Source of the DNA: Geobacteraceae bacterium
GTDB lineage: Bacteria > Desulfobacterota > Desulfuromonadia > Geobacterales > Pseudopelobacteraceae
Assembly: GCA_016720395.1 (NCBI GenBank)
Contig: JADKKR010000008.1
Coordinates: 404-64,403 of the forward strand
Length of the DNA: 64,000 bases
Direction: 5' to 3'
Part shown: one piece after another, positions 47,701 to 57,671 of the stretch
Position numbering within the stretch: the stretch's first letter is position 1
Layout of the letters: every line of letters begins with the position of its first letter
Made by a program: the position numbers and the translations under genes
Notes under the pieces: model-generated
The model's database searches: none
The model's input: only the letters and a program-made list of their open reading frames with translations
What the model was told of the DNA's origin: nothing

Positions 47701-47818
47701 CGGATGCGGATTTTACGTCAGAGCAAGGCTGTCAAGGGATTGCGCGGAGGCGTAGCAGCGCTACGCCGCACAAGGTATCCCGAAGACTTACGCAGCTCTG
47801 GTGTAATAGCCGCATCCG
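47701..47818. repeat. REP/MITE-like element, copy 2 (inverted), with outer inverted repeats
   Basis: Outer arms CGGATGCGG / CCGCATCCG. The core 47724-47795 contains hairpin GGCGTAGC-agc-GCTACGCC. Fills the cysH-cysD spacer. Confidence 0.75.
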
Positions 47819-47834
47819 TACTACGGAGAAAACA

Positions 47835-48741
47835 ATGAGCAGCAGCAATCTGACCCACCTGCAGCAGCTGGAAGCTGAAAGCATCCATATCCTCCGTGAG
47901 GTGGTGTCAGAATTCGCCAATCCGGTAATGCTCTATTCCATCGGCAAGGATTCGGCGGTCATGCTGCACCTGGCCCGAAAGGCTTTTTATCCCGCCCCGC
48001 CGCCGTTTCCCCTGCTGCATGTCGATACCACCTGGAAGTTTCGCGAGATGATCCAGTTTCGCGACCGGATGGCAACCGAGTGTGGTCTCGACCTGATCGT
48101 TCACGTCAATGAAGAAGGGGTCCGTCAGGGAATATCGCCTTTTACCCACGGTTCGGCGCTCTATACCGATATCATGAAAACAGAAGGGTTGAAGCAGGCG
48201 CTGGACCGCTACAGATTCGACGCAGCCTTCGGCGGTGCCCGTCGGGACGAGGAAAAATCGCGGGCCAAGGAGCGGATTTTCTCCTTCGAAGCGCCAATCA
48301 CCGCTGGGACCCCAGGACCAGCGGCCGGAGCTCTGGAACCTCTACAACACCCGCATCAAGCCGGGTGAAAGCATCCGGGTCTTTCCCATATCCAACTGGA
48401 CCGAGTTGGATGTCTGGCAGTACATCCACCTGGAGCAGATTCCTATCGTTCCGCTCTACTATGCTGCCGTAAGGCCGGTAGTGGAAAGGGATGGCATGCT
48501 GATCATGGTGGATGACGAGCGTCTGGATCTCAAGCCGGGAGAGACGATCCAGTATAAATCGGTCCGTTTCCGCACTCTCGGGTGCTACCCCTTGACCGGC
48601 GCCGTGGAATCGGAAGCCGACAACCTGCCCCAGATCATCCAGGAGATGCTGCTGACCCGCACCTCGGAACGCCAGGGGCGCCTGATCGACCATGATCAGG
48701 CCGGGTCGATGGAGAAGAAGAAGCAGGAAGGCTACTTTTAG
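47835..48741 (+). pseudogene. cysD: sulfate adenylyltransferase subunit 2 CysD, two frame breaks (~48287, ~48313)
   Basis: PP-loop YSIGKDSAV. ...ERIFSF | RSANHRWDP | [12 protein letters not shown]...GYF*. Confidence 0.88.
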
Positions 48742-48769
48742 ACGGAAACGGTTCTTTTTCGCCCTGGCG

Positions 48770-48840
48770 GCGTAAGTCTTCGTCAGTGCTTGTGCGACGT
48801 AGCCCTGCTACGTCTCCGCCCACTGTCTCGACAGCCTTGC
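48770..48840 (+). repeat. REP/MITE-like element, copy 3
   Basis: GCGTAAGTCTTCGTCAGTGCTTGTGCGACGTAGCCCTGCTACGTCTCCGCCCACTGTCTCGACAGCCTTGC lies in the cysD-cysN spacer. Confidence 0.75.
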
Positions 48841-48914
48841 CAGGACAAAAAACTCCTCGTTTCAAATTACCGCATTCTTTTGAAACGGCGTACTGCGTCG
48901 TATGAGGTTTTTTT

Positions 48915-50593
48915 ATGGCACACCAGTCTGACCTGATAGAAAACGACATCCTTGCTTATCTGAAAAGCCAGGAGGAGAAATCACACTGCGCTTCATCACC
49001 TGCGGCAGCGTCGATGATGGCAAAAGCACCCTGATCGGACGACTGCTCTGGGATTCGAAGATGGTCTTCGAGGACCAGTTGGCGGCACTGGAGGCCGACA
49101 GCAAAAGGGTCGGAACACAGGGCGGCGCCATTGACTACGCCCTGCTGCTGGACGGGCTGCAGGCAGAGCGGGAACAGGGGATTACCATCGACGTGGCCTA
49201 CCGTTTCTTCTCCACCGATCTGCGCAAATTCATCGTTGCCGACACTCCCGGCCACGAGCAGTATACCCGCAACATGGTCACCGGAGCCTCCACCGCCCAG
49301 GTGGCGGTGATCCTGGTTGATGCCCGCAAGGGACTGCTGACCCAGACCAGACGCCACAGTTTCCTAGTCTCACTGGTCGGTATCAGGCACGTGGTGCTGG
49401 CGATCAACAAGATGGACCTGATCGGCTTTGATGCTGATACCTTCAACGCAATCCGGCGCGACTACCTGCAATTCGCTGCACCGCTGGGGTTTGATTCCAT
49501 TACTGCGATCCCGCTCTCGGCTCTGAACGGCGACAATATGATCGAAGCCAGTACCAATACACCCTGGTACTCCGGTCCCACCCTGATGAACTATCTGGAG
49601 ACCTTCCAGGTGGAGGGGGATAACCGGGCCCAGCCATTCCGCATGCCGGTCCAGTGGGTCAACCGCCCTAATCCTGACTTCCGCGGTTTCTGCGGCACCA
49701 TTGCCGCCGGTACGATCCGTCCGGGAGACGAACTGCGGGTGGCTTCGTCAGGTCGCACCAGCCGCGTGGACCGCATTGTAACTCTGGATGGCGATCTGCT
49801 CGAAGCGGTTTCCGGCCAGGCGGTGACACTGATGCTGGCGGACGAGATTGATGTCAGTCGGGGGGATATGCTCACCGCCTCCGAATCCCCGCCGATCCAT
49901 GCCCGGCACCCGGAGGCGCATCTGGTCTGGATGCATGACGAACCCCTGCAGCCGGGACAGATCTACTTGATCAAAACAGCTACTGCTGTTACACCCGGCC
50001 GGGTCACCGCTGTACAGTATGGGATGGATGTCAATACCCTGGAGCAGAAACAGCTGCCGACACTGGGGCTGAACGAAATCGGTGTGGTCCGCATGGAACT
50101 TGACCGCCCGATCTCTTTCGATACCTACCGGCAGAACCGTAATACCGGCTGCTTTATCATGATCGATCGGTTCACCAACGCCACGGTGGCTGCCGGTATG
50201 GTGATCACGGCAGCACCTCTGGAGACTCAGAAATCGCAGCTTTCGGGGATCAGCACGGACCAGCCTGAAGAGGCCGGCGGACCCTGCCGTCGAATCAGTC
50301 TGAGTGAAGCCTCCATCAGCGGCACCGGGGTGAGTGTTTTTGATCTGAGCGGAGAATGGGGAGACATCGAATTCGATGTATCGACCAGCTTCCTTGATTA
50401 CCTTGGCAAAGGAAACCGGATTCTCTTCCGTCTGCGGGATCTGGCTCAACTTGAAGCGCTGGCACTGCTGGCATACGAGCACACATTGTCATTCGAATTC
50501 GATCGCACTGCGAAGGGGGTCAGTATCCTGATTTTCAAACGGGGAACCCAGTCCGGAAACAGGCCATCGGCAGACGACGGGACAGGCATATGA
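48915..50593 (+). pseudogene. cysN: sulfate adenylyltransferase subunit 1 CysN (GTPase) with a ~125-aa non-kinase C-terminal extension, frame break near 48975
   Basis: MAHQSDLIENDILAYLKSQEEK | ITLRFITCGSVDDGKSTLIGRLL (G1), DTPGH, NKMD. Confidence 0.88.
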
Positions 50594-51408
50594 GCGATAC
50601 TGTCGATCCGCAGCAGTTCCACAAACTCGAGTGCCTGGAACATATCCTGGCAGAGCTCGGAAGTGCGGTAGTCGCCTTCTCCGGGGGCGTTGATTCCACC
50701 TTTCTGCTGGCGGTTGCGGTCAGGGTGCTCGGGGTGCGGGCCCTGGCAGTGACTGCAACATCAGAAACCTATCCCGAGCGTGAATTGATCGAAGCCAGAT
50801 CACTTGCCGCGCAATTGGGCGCACGACACCGTGAAGTGGTCTCTGAAGAGCTTGATATCCCCGAATTCAAGCATAATCCACGCAACCGGTGTTACTACTG
50901 CAAAAAAGAACTGTTCGGTAAACTTCGACAGATTGCCGATCTGGAAGGTTTTGCCCATGTGCTGGACGGCACCAACCTGGACGACCGCAGCGATCACCGT
51001 CCCGGCCGTCAGGCGGCAGAGGAACTGGGCGTTCGCAGTCCTCTGGAGGAGGCCGGTTTTACAAAGACCGACATCAGGGTGCTGTCAAAGCATCTGGGAC
51101 TGTCGACGTGGGAAAAACCGGCCTTTGCCTGTCTCTCCAGCCGGTTTCCCTACGGCACCTCAATTACACCGGAACGTGTCAGCAGGGTTGGCAAGGCTGA
51201 GGATGCACTGCGTGGATTGGGGTTCCGTGTGCTGCGGGTCCGTTATCATGATACGGTGGCTCGACTGGAGCTTGGGCCGGAGGAGTTTGCCCTGGCAACC
51301 GGGACGCTGCGCGACGAGGTAAGCAGGCTCGTCAAAGAAGCTGGTTTTGTGTATGTTGCACTGGACCTGCAGGGGTATCGCACCGGGGCGATGAATGAGA
51401 CCGTGTAG
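50590..51408 (+). CDS. larE: LarE-family PP-loop ATP-dependent sulfurtransferase (TIGR00268-like)
   Basis: AFSGGVDSTF PP-loop, CYYC and FACLSSRFPYG cysteines. ATGA overlap with cysN. Confidence 0.8.
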   Translation: MSDTVDPQQFHKLECLEHILAELGSAVVAFSGGVDSTFLLAVAVRVLGVRALAVTATSETYPERELIEARSLAAQLGARHREVVSEELDIPEFKHNPRNRCYYCKKELFGKLRQIADLEGFAHVLDGTNLDDRSDHRPGRQAAEELGVRSPLEEAGFTKTDIRVLSKHLGLSTWEKPAFACLSSRFPYGTSITPERVSRVGKAEDALRGLGFRVLRVRYHDTVARLELGPEEFALATGTLRDEVSRLVKEAGFVYVALDLQGYRTGAMNETV

Positions 51409-51703
51409 CCGCTTCTTTCGAAACACCTTATCCGGCTGTTGCAGAGAGTGGAAAGAAAGTCGCTGACGTAAGATGTGTCTATCAACCGTGTCATAACCAT
51501 TTCTGCTGAAGAGTGCTTCCGGGATATACTGGAATACTACGGCAGGGACTTTGCCAAACCGAAGAAAAGGCAACCAGCAACAGTCGCGTACAGTCAAACA
51601 ATTCCCTTCCCGCTGCAACCGATTAATTTACCGCAACAAAAAGAAACCCCGAACCTTCCATGTAAAACCTTCTGATGAAAGTTTTAGTGAAAGTCGGGGC
51701 AAA

Positions 51704-51729
51704 CAAAAAGGAATCCCGAAGGATTCCTT
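51704..51729 (-). terminator. terminator downstream of tRNA-Gly
   Basis: AGGAATCC-cgaa-GGATTCCT followed on the minus strand by TTTTTG. Confidence 0.75.
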
Positions 51730-51738
51730 ATAGTTAAA

Positions 51739-51813
51739 TGGAGCGGGAAACGGGATTCGAACCCGCGACTTCGACCTTGGCAAGGTCGCACTCTACCACT
51801 GAGTTATTCCCGC
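51739..51813 (-). tRNA. tRNA-Gly (anticodon GCC)
   Basis: The reverse complement GCGGGAATAACTCAGTGGTAGAGTGCGACCTTGCCAAGGTCGAAGTCGCGGGTTCGAATCCCGTTTCCCGCTCCA is close to E. coli tRNA-Gly(GCC). Confidence 0.95.
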
Positions 51814-51936
51814 GCAGTGAGTTTTGTTATTTATCAGACTGGAGAGCCGGTGTCAACATCTTTGTTGTCTCTGAGGAAAATTCACTCATTTCTCCGCACA
51901 AAAAGCTGAGGACGTTGAGTCTGTTCTTGTGTGTAA

Positions 51937-53184
51937 TCAGGGCTGCTGAGTGAGCATGACCCGGTAAACCTCGGACAATTGACGCCCGCGGGTATTCCAG
52001 GAATGTTCACGCAGGGCTTTATTGCGAACCTTGTCTGAGATGCCGGACCTGGTATCGATGCCTTCAAGCAGAGTCGTAATCTTTGCGGCCAGATCCTGAG
52101 AATCGCCGTATGTGGCGTAAACCCCTGTATTGCCTAGAACCTCACGGTTGACCGGAGTATCAAAGGCAACCACCGGCAGGCCGCAGGCCATGTAGTTGAA
52201 TATCTTGCCGTTGGCCTCGGTCGGCGACAGTTTCGGTGTCACGGCGATGTCGGCTGCCGAGAGCATCAGCGGGGCCTTGTTATAATCGACCTTTCCTGTG
52301 AAATGGATCATGTCCGACAGTCCTCGTGCCTCTGCTTCACGACGGTAGCGCTCATCGGGAAAGCCCATGATCAGGAAGAGTGCCCTGATGCCGCCAGTTT
52401 TCAACAGTTCAATGCAGTCGAGCAGCAGGTCCGTGCCCTGGTAGCGGCTCAGAATCCCCAGGTAGGCGACGACAAAGCTGTCGGGGGAGATCCCCAGCAA
52501 CTCACGTCCCTCTCGTTGTGTCCCCGGACAGAAAATATCCGTATCTACTGCATCGATCAGCGGGGTCACGCGCTGCGGTTGAACTCCCCAGTTTTTGACG
52601 AGATCGTCCGTGGCGGCGCTGGAACTGGTGATGACCCGGTCGGCAAAACCGTTGATCATGCGTTCGATCCTTCTGAACAGCGCTGCCATCCTGGATGTCG
52701 CCCCGAAAAAACCATGATCGATGCATTCGCCGGTCAGGCTTCCTTGATAATCAAAAACAAGTGGTACACCGGCTAGCTTTTTCAGAAAATACCCGATGAA
52801 GGCGCCTTCGTGAAGATGCGCATGAATCAGGTCGGGACGAAAATCAGGTATCAGGAAGGCTGCCTTGAAAAACAGAAGCAGATCCAGGTAGAGCTTATGC
52901 AGGGAAGGGCCGGCTTCGAGCCTGGAGTACCATGGTATGTTGGGAATGCGGATGGTCGGGATATCAGGCATGTCCCGTCCCAGATGATAAGTGACGATGC
53001 GGACGTCATGCCCCTGCTTGCGGAGTGCCCGCGCTTCTTCATATATCCTGACATGGCACCCGCGATCGGCAAAATAGGGTGTGGGCGCCAGCATAAGGAT
53101 CTTCAGACGCGAATCAGCCAAGATTGACCCTGTCCCTGACGACATAGATCGGCTTACCCTGGGCCTCGTAATATGTCCGTGCAT
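51937..53184 (-). CDS. GT4-family (GT-B) glycosyltransferase
   Basis: LKILMLAPTPYFADRGCH N-terminus and E-x7-E-type C-terminal region. Start uncertain (53184 or 53145). Confidence 0.8.
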   Translation of the reverse strand: MHGHITRPRVSRSMSSGTGSILADSRLKILMLAPTPYFADRGCHVRIYEEARALRKQGHDVRIVTYHLGRDMPDIPTIRIPNIPWYSRLEAGPSLHKLYLDLLLFFKAAFLIPDFRPDLIHAHLHEGAFIGYFLKKLAGVPLVFDYQGSLTGECIDHGFFGATSRMAALFRRIERMINGFADRVITSSSAATDDLVKNWGVQPQRVTPLIDAVDTDIFCPGTQREGRELLGISPDSFVVAYLGILSRYQGTDLLLDCIELLKTGGIRALFLIMGFPDERYRREAEARGLSDMIHFTGKVDYNKAPLMLSAADIAVTPKLSPTEANGKIFNYMACGLPVVAFDTPVNREVLGNTGVYATYGDSQDLAAKITTLLEGIDTRSGISDKVRNKALREHSWNTRGRQLSEVYRVMLTQQP

Positions 53185-54058
53185 TCAGTTCACCCAGCAG
53201 TCCCAGGACGATGAACTGGATGCCCATGAACAACAGGAAGGCAGTCAGGATTAAAAGAGGGTTGCGGTTCATGCTGTAATGTTCGAAGACCTTCATATAG
53301 ATGGTCATGCTTCCGCTTCCCAGGCCTGCCAGCAGGGTGTAAACGCCCCATTTGCCAAAGAGCTGAATCGGCTTGGTGGAGTAAGCCAGCAGGAATTTCA
53401 CTGTCATCAGATCAAGGATAACCCGCAGGGTCCGGGAGATGCCGTATTTACTGGTCCCGTGCAGTCGGGGATGGTGGTTTACCGGAATCTCGGCGACCTT
53501 TGCGCCTACCTGGGATGCCAGTGCCGGCACAAAGCGGTGCATCTCACCATACAGGTTGATACCGTCGAGCACCTCGCGGCGGTAGGCCTTCAGCGTACAG
53601 CCGTAATCATGGAGATGAACGCCGGTGAGCCGTGAGATCAGGGCATTTGCAAGAATGGAAGGGATCTTGCGGGTGACAAAGGTGTCTTTCCGGTCGCTGC
53701 GCCAGCCGGAAACGACGTCGTATCCTTCGTGGAGTTTTTCTATGAGTCGCGGGATGTCAGCCGGGTCATTCTGAAGATCTCCGTCCATGGGAATGATAAT
53801 GTCGCCTGAAGCGGCATCAAAGCCGGCGGACATGGCGGCGGTCTGCCCGAAATTGCGGCGGAAACGAATGACCTTCACACGCAGGTCCTGTGCGGCTATG
53901 GCCTTGAGAGCGCTGAAGGAGCCGTCTGCAGAGCCGTCATCAACCATGATGATTTCATAGTCGGTGTCAGTGGCATCCAGGGCGGTGATGATCGCCCGGT
54001 ACAGATCTGAAATGTTATCTTCCTCATTATAAATCGGAACCACAATGCTGAAATTCAC
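53114..54058 (-). CDS. GT2-family polyprenyl-phosphate glycosyltransferase (ArnC/DPM1-like) with C-terminal TM helices
   Basis: GTG 54058 with RBS GGAG. FSIVVPIYNEEDNI, DDGSADGS, MDGDLQND. Confidence 0.82.
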   Translation of the reverse strand: MNFSIVVPIYNEEDNISDLYRAIITALDATDTDYEIIMVDDGSADGSFSALKAIAAQDLRVKVIRFRRNFGQTAAMSAGFDAASGDIIIPMDGDLQNDPADIPRLIEKLHEGYDVVSGWRSDRKDTFVTRKIPSILANALISRLTGVHLHDYGCTLKAYRREVLDGINLYGEMHRFVPALASQVGAKVAEIPVNHHPRLHGTSKYGISRTLRVILDLMTVKFLLAYSTKPIQLFGKWGVYTLLAGLGSGSMTIYMKVFEHYSMNRNPLLILTAFLLFMGIQFIVLGLLGELNARTYYEAQGKPIYVVRDRVNLG

Positions 54059-54149
54059 AGAAACGCTCCAGATAAATTCACGAAATATCGGTGAACAATG
54101 CGTAAACATAACAGAATCTTCTTTTTCTGCACACAGTTTATTGCATCGT

Positions 54150-55157
54150 TCACCAGGTCATTTGTCCAAACTCCTTTATCCTGCGAATGTTTAAGCCGGC
54201 ATTTCCGCACGTGTCAGACCTGCCGCGCTTTCCGCCGAACAGGCCGCAGAGGAGTCCCCAGCCGTTCGACAGGTGCATAACGGGATAGAGCGGGATCAGC
54301 AGCAGCCTCGACAGTGATCCGGATGTTATGGCAGCAGCAACAGAGAAGCTGAGCACCAGTGCCAGATAAGTGAAGAGAGGTGCCGAAGTGAGACGGGTAA
54401 ACGGCAGAAACGGAAGAATGATCAGGTAGAGGAGAAACAGCAGTGGAGCAAAACCGGTAATCGTACCCGGTCCGGCTATCAGGGTCTGTTGGGACCGCCC
54501 GCGACCATATGTGGCCATCTGCCGGATAAAGAGCTTCAGTGTTCGTCGTTGGCTGCGCTGGACAGCCATTCCGGGGGCGTGAATCAGCTTAAGGCCCTGG
54601 GAGGAAATCCTGTCAAGCAGTTCGTTTTCTTCGTTAGGGTACAGGCGCTCATCAAATCCGCCTGAATCAATAAAAACGTTGCGGCGTATTGCCAGGTTGC
54701 AGAGTATCAGTTCCTTGTCGGTGGTGCTGCGGGTGACACCGCTGGCCCGGTAACGGTTGCGTACGGCTCCGGCACCCAGAAGTGATGAAAGGGCGCTCCC
54801 GAAGAGTTGTTGCAGCAGGGAATCGCCGGTCGGGGTCAATGAAGGTCCACCTGCGACGGCAACGAGCGGGTCATCCATGATCTGTGCGCACAGCGCCAGG
54901 CCTTCCGCAGTGACGTGGGAGTCGTCGTCGAGAAAGTAGATGATGTCACCTTTAGCATCGTTCGCAGCCGTGTTGCGCTGCCTGCTCGGCGAACACCCCT
55001 CGGCGACAAGAACCTCGAACGGATGAAGTTCGGTTTCTTCCAGCAGGCGGAGCGGGCCGAGTGCGGAAACAAATCCGTCCGGTTTCACGGGAATGATAAA
55101 TGAAAAGGTCGCCATGATAGTATCCTGAACCTCTGCCGGATTCATGCGTTGCCGCAA
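54150..55157 (-). CDS. GT2-family glycosyltransferase with C-terminal membrane domain
   Basis: FSFIIPVKP..., DDDS motif (IIYFLDDDSHV). Alternative start ATG 55115. Confidence 0.75.
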   Translation of the reverse strand: MRQRMNPAEVQDTIMATFSFIIPVKPDGFVSALGPLRLLEETELHPFEVLVAEGCSPSRQRNTAANDAKGDIIYFLDDDSHVTAEGLALCAQIMDDPLVAVAGGPSLTPTGDSLLQQLFGSALSSLLGAGAVRNRYRASGVTRSTTDKELILCNLAIRRNVFIDSGGFDERLYPNEENELLDRISSQGLKLIHAPGMAVQRSQRRTLKLFIRQMATYGRGRSQQTLIAGPGTITGFAPLLFLLYLIILPFLPFTRLTSAPLFTYLALVLSFSVAAAITSGSLSRLLLIPLYPVMHLSNGWGLLCGLFGGKRGRSDTCGNAGLNIRRIKEFGQMTW

Positions 55158-55254
55158 TACGGTGAAGCCCCCTTGAACATGAACGGTACAGGATCACGAA
55201 AAAGGAGGCTTCGGAGACGACACCCGAGAGGTGTCCATCAGTTGCAGTTTTTCT

Positions 55255-56114
55255 CTACATCTTTGGAGTGCTGCCGTAGCTGTGCAGACCTGACAGGAAC
55301 AGGTTGACGCCCAGGTAGCAGAAGATCGTGGCGGCGAAGCCGATGATCGACAGCCATGCGGCACGCTTGCCGACCCAGCCCCTGGTGAAGCGGGCGTGCA
55401 GGAAGGCGGCGTAGACGAACCAGACGATCAGTGACCAGGTCTCCTTGGGGTCCCAGCTCCAGTAGGTGCCCCAGGCATAGTTGGCCCAGGCGGCGCCGGT
55501 GATGATCCCCAGGGTCAAGAGCGGAAATCCGATCATGATGGCGCGGTAGTTGAGGTCGTCCAGCACCCGGATGGGGGGAACATGCTCATGACGCTGGATT
55601 CTCCGGCGGTCTGGCCGCTCTCGTCGTGAGAGGCCTTGATCAGGTACATGATCGAGACGCCGCAGGCCACGGCAAAGGCGGCGTAGCCGAGGAAGCAGGT
55701 GATGACGTGATAGGTGAGCCAGTTGCTCTGCAGGGCCGGTACGAGGGGTTCGATGCCGGTGTTCAGGCCGAGCTGGGCCCAGGCCATGCCCAGCAGTGCA
55801 AAGGGCATGACAAAGGCGCCGATGACCCGGTACTTGTACTTCAGGTCCAGCAGGGAGTAGATCAGTACGATTGTCCAGGAGAAGAAGACCACCGACTCGT
55901 AGAGGTTGGAGAGCGGTGCGTGGCCGACGCCCATGTCGTAGGACTCCTTCCAGCGCAGGGCGATGGCCCCGGTCTGGGCCAGCAGTCCGAAATAGGCTAC
56001 ATAAATACCGCCGGTGCCGAGGGCCTTGGAGCGGCTGGCCATGTGGGCGAAGAACAGCAGCATGGAGACAAGATAGGCAAAGGTGGTGACGTTAAACAGA
56101 AGCGAACTGGTCAT
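55255..56114 (-). pseudogene. ccsA: cytochrome c biogenesis protein CcsA (System II), frame break in a G6/C6 run (55573-55578)
   Basis: WWD motif [13 protein letters not shown]. ...SMFPP | [15 protein letters not shown] joins track ORFs 55533-56114 and 55255-55566. Confidence 0.85.
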
Positions 56115-56131
56115 AATGGTTGAAACCTCCG

Positions 56132-57547
56132 CTAGATTTTAAGAGTGGTGAGTTTATCGGCCAGATCATCAAACTGCATACTGAAGGCCGCGTGGTTTTT
56201 GTTGGCATTGGCATACATGCGGGCATGCCCTTTCGATACGATGACCCAGACCCGCTTGTGTGACATGAAAAAAGCAATGTACAGGCCGATGCACATCAGG
56301 GTACACCCCACCCAGACGATCTCGACCCCCGGGTCTTTGGCTACCTGCAGGCCGGTGAACATGCGGGCGTTAGTGCCCTCATAATTGAATGTGAGTTCGT
56401 CTCCCCGCTGAGCATTCATCTCCGGGTAGTTCTTGAGGACAATAAAGGTCTGGGGGGCCTTGCCTTTGAATGTGACTTCGACGCGCGCCGCCGGGCCGGT
56501 GAAACCGGGCATGAACTGTCGAACTTCCTCGGTTGATTCCAGCAATTTGAAAGTCGTGCCGTCCTTCAAAGCCGTCGCGGCGCCTGCACGGATAGCGATT
56601 TTTTCAGCAGCACCACCTGAACGGGGTATTGCGCTGAAGAAATGATCGCTGCCTTCACTGGCCTGGCCGTAGCTGGACTGGTAAAAGGTGATGCCCTTGT
56701 AGGTCATCGGGTCGTTGACGATGACTTTCACCTTCTCGTAACCCGGGACCGGCTTCCCGTTTTCCAGAACCGTCAGGATACTTCTGAATTCTTTAGGAGC
56801 ACCGTTGTTATACAGGGTCACATTGAAATTTTCGCAGAAAACTTCGAAGCCGAGAGGGATTGGAGAGCCGTTCTGGCCTTCTATGCTGGTAACCCCGGAG
56901 CCTTCTGCGATGTTGATCATACCTTTGTAGCCGAACAGGGAACCGATGATGGCACCGACAAAGATCACCAGAATGCTGGAGTGCACAACATAAACTCCCA
57001 GTCGGCTCCAGGCGCTCTTCTGTGAAAATATGTGGTAATCACCGCTATGTTCGGTTACCACCGGTGCACTGAACTCCTTGCCGAGGAATTCGGCAAACTT
57101 TGCTTGTGCGCTTTCAGCCGACCCGGAGAATGTGACCTCCTTTTTCAGGGAGAACGAGTTTCTCATTGAATCGCCCAGCACCAGTGTCGGCTCGCTGATG
57201 AATTTGAACACATGGGGCAGTCGCTTGATGGAACAGGAGACCAGGTTGAGGCTGAATACATACAGCAGGGTGATGAACCACCAGGAGTGGTACATGTCGA
57301 AGAAGCCAAGCTTCCCGTAGATCTGCAGTTTCGTGGGGCTTATCTTGGCAATGTACTCAGGAGGGATCGCCCCCTGGGGGAGGATTGTGCCGATGATCGA
57401 GGTAAGGGCCAGAGAAATGAGCAGGAACATCGTGAGTTTGAGTGAACAGAAAAAATCCCAGACGATTTGAACAAAGTTGCGTTCGTTGGTTGCCAATGGT
57501 ATCTCCAAGTATAGAGTGGTGTAATAAGCGCAACGGACCTTCTGCAC
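56132..57547 (-). CDS. ccsB: cytochrome c biogenesis protein ResB/Ccs1 (System II)
   Basis: N-terminal TM pair, large periplasmic domain, C-terminal TM. Adjacent to ccsA. Alternative TTG start 57496 with RBS TGGAGA. Confidence 0.82.
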   Translation of the reverse strand: MQKVRCAYYTTLYLEIPLATNERNFVQIVWDFFCSLKLTMFLLISLALTSIIGTILPQGAIPPEYIAKISPTKLQIYGKLGFFDMYHSWWFITLLYVFSLNLVSCSIKRLPHVFKFISEPTLVLGDSMRNSFSLKKEVTFSGSAESAQAKFAEFLGKEFSAPVVTEHSGDYHIFSQKSAWSRLGVYVVHSSILVIFVGAIIGSLFGYKGMINIAEGSGVTSIEGQNGSPIPLGFEVFCENFNVTLYNNGAPKEFRSILTVLENGKPVPGYEKVKVIVNDPMTYKGITFYQSSYGQASEGSDHFFSAIPRSGGAAEKIAIRAGAATALKDGTTFKLLESTEEVRQFMPGFTGPAARVEVTFKGKAPQTFIVLKNYPEMNAQRGDELTFNYEGTNARMFTGLQVAKDPGVEIVWVGCTLMCIGLYIAFFMSHKRVWVIVSKGHARMYANANKNHAAFSMQFDDLADKLTTLKI

Positions 57548-57671
57548 TTATATAATCAAGAAATAATAGCCCAAAACAATAAAAAACGGTACATTTTTTT
57601 ATACTGCAGGCAAAGAAAAGGGGTAGCAATGTCCCCATTGCTACCCCTTTTAAGTCAAATGTTCCGAAGTC

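Noticed and set aside
36490-48985. Programmed ribosomal frameshifting or genuine gene decay as the explanation for the many frame breaks
   Set aside because: There are no slippery-heptamer or pseudoknot contexts. The breaks are scattered, many lie in homopolymers and some are locally compensated. I saw no premature stops within the stitched conserved segments. Sequencing or assembly indels are the more economical explanation, pending read-level confirmation.
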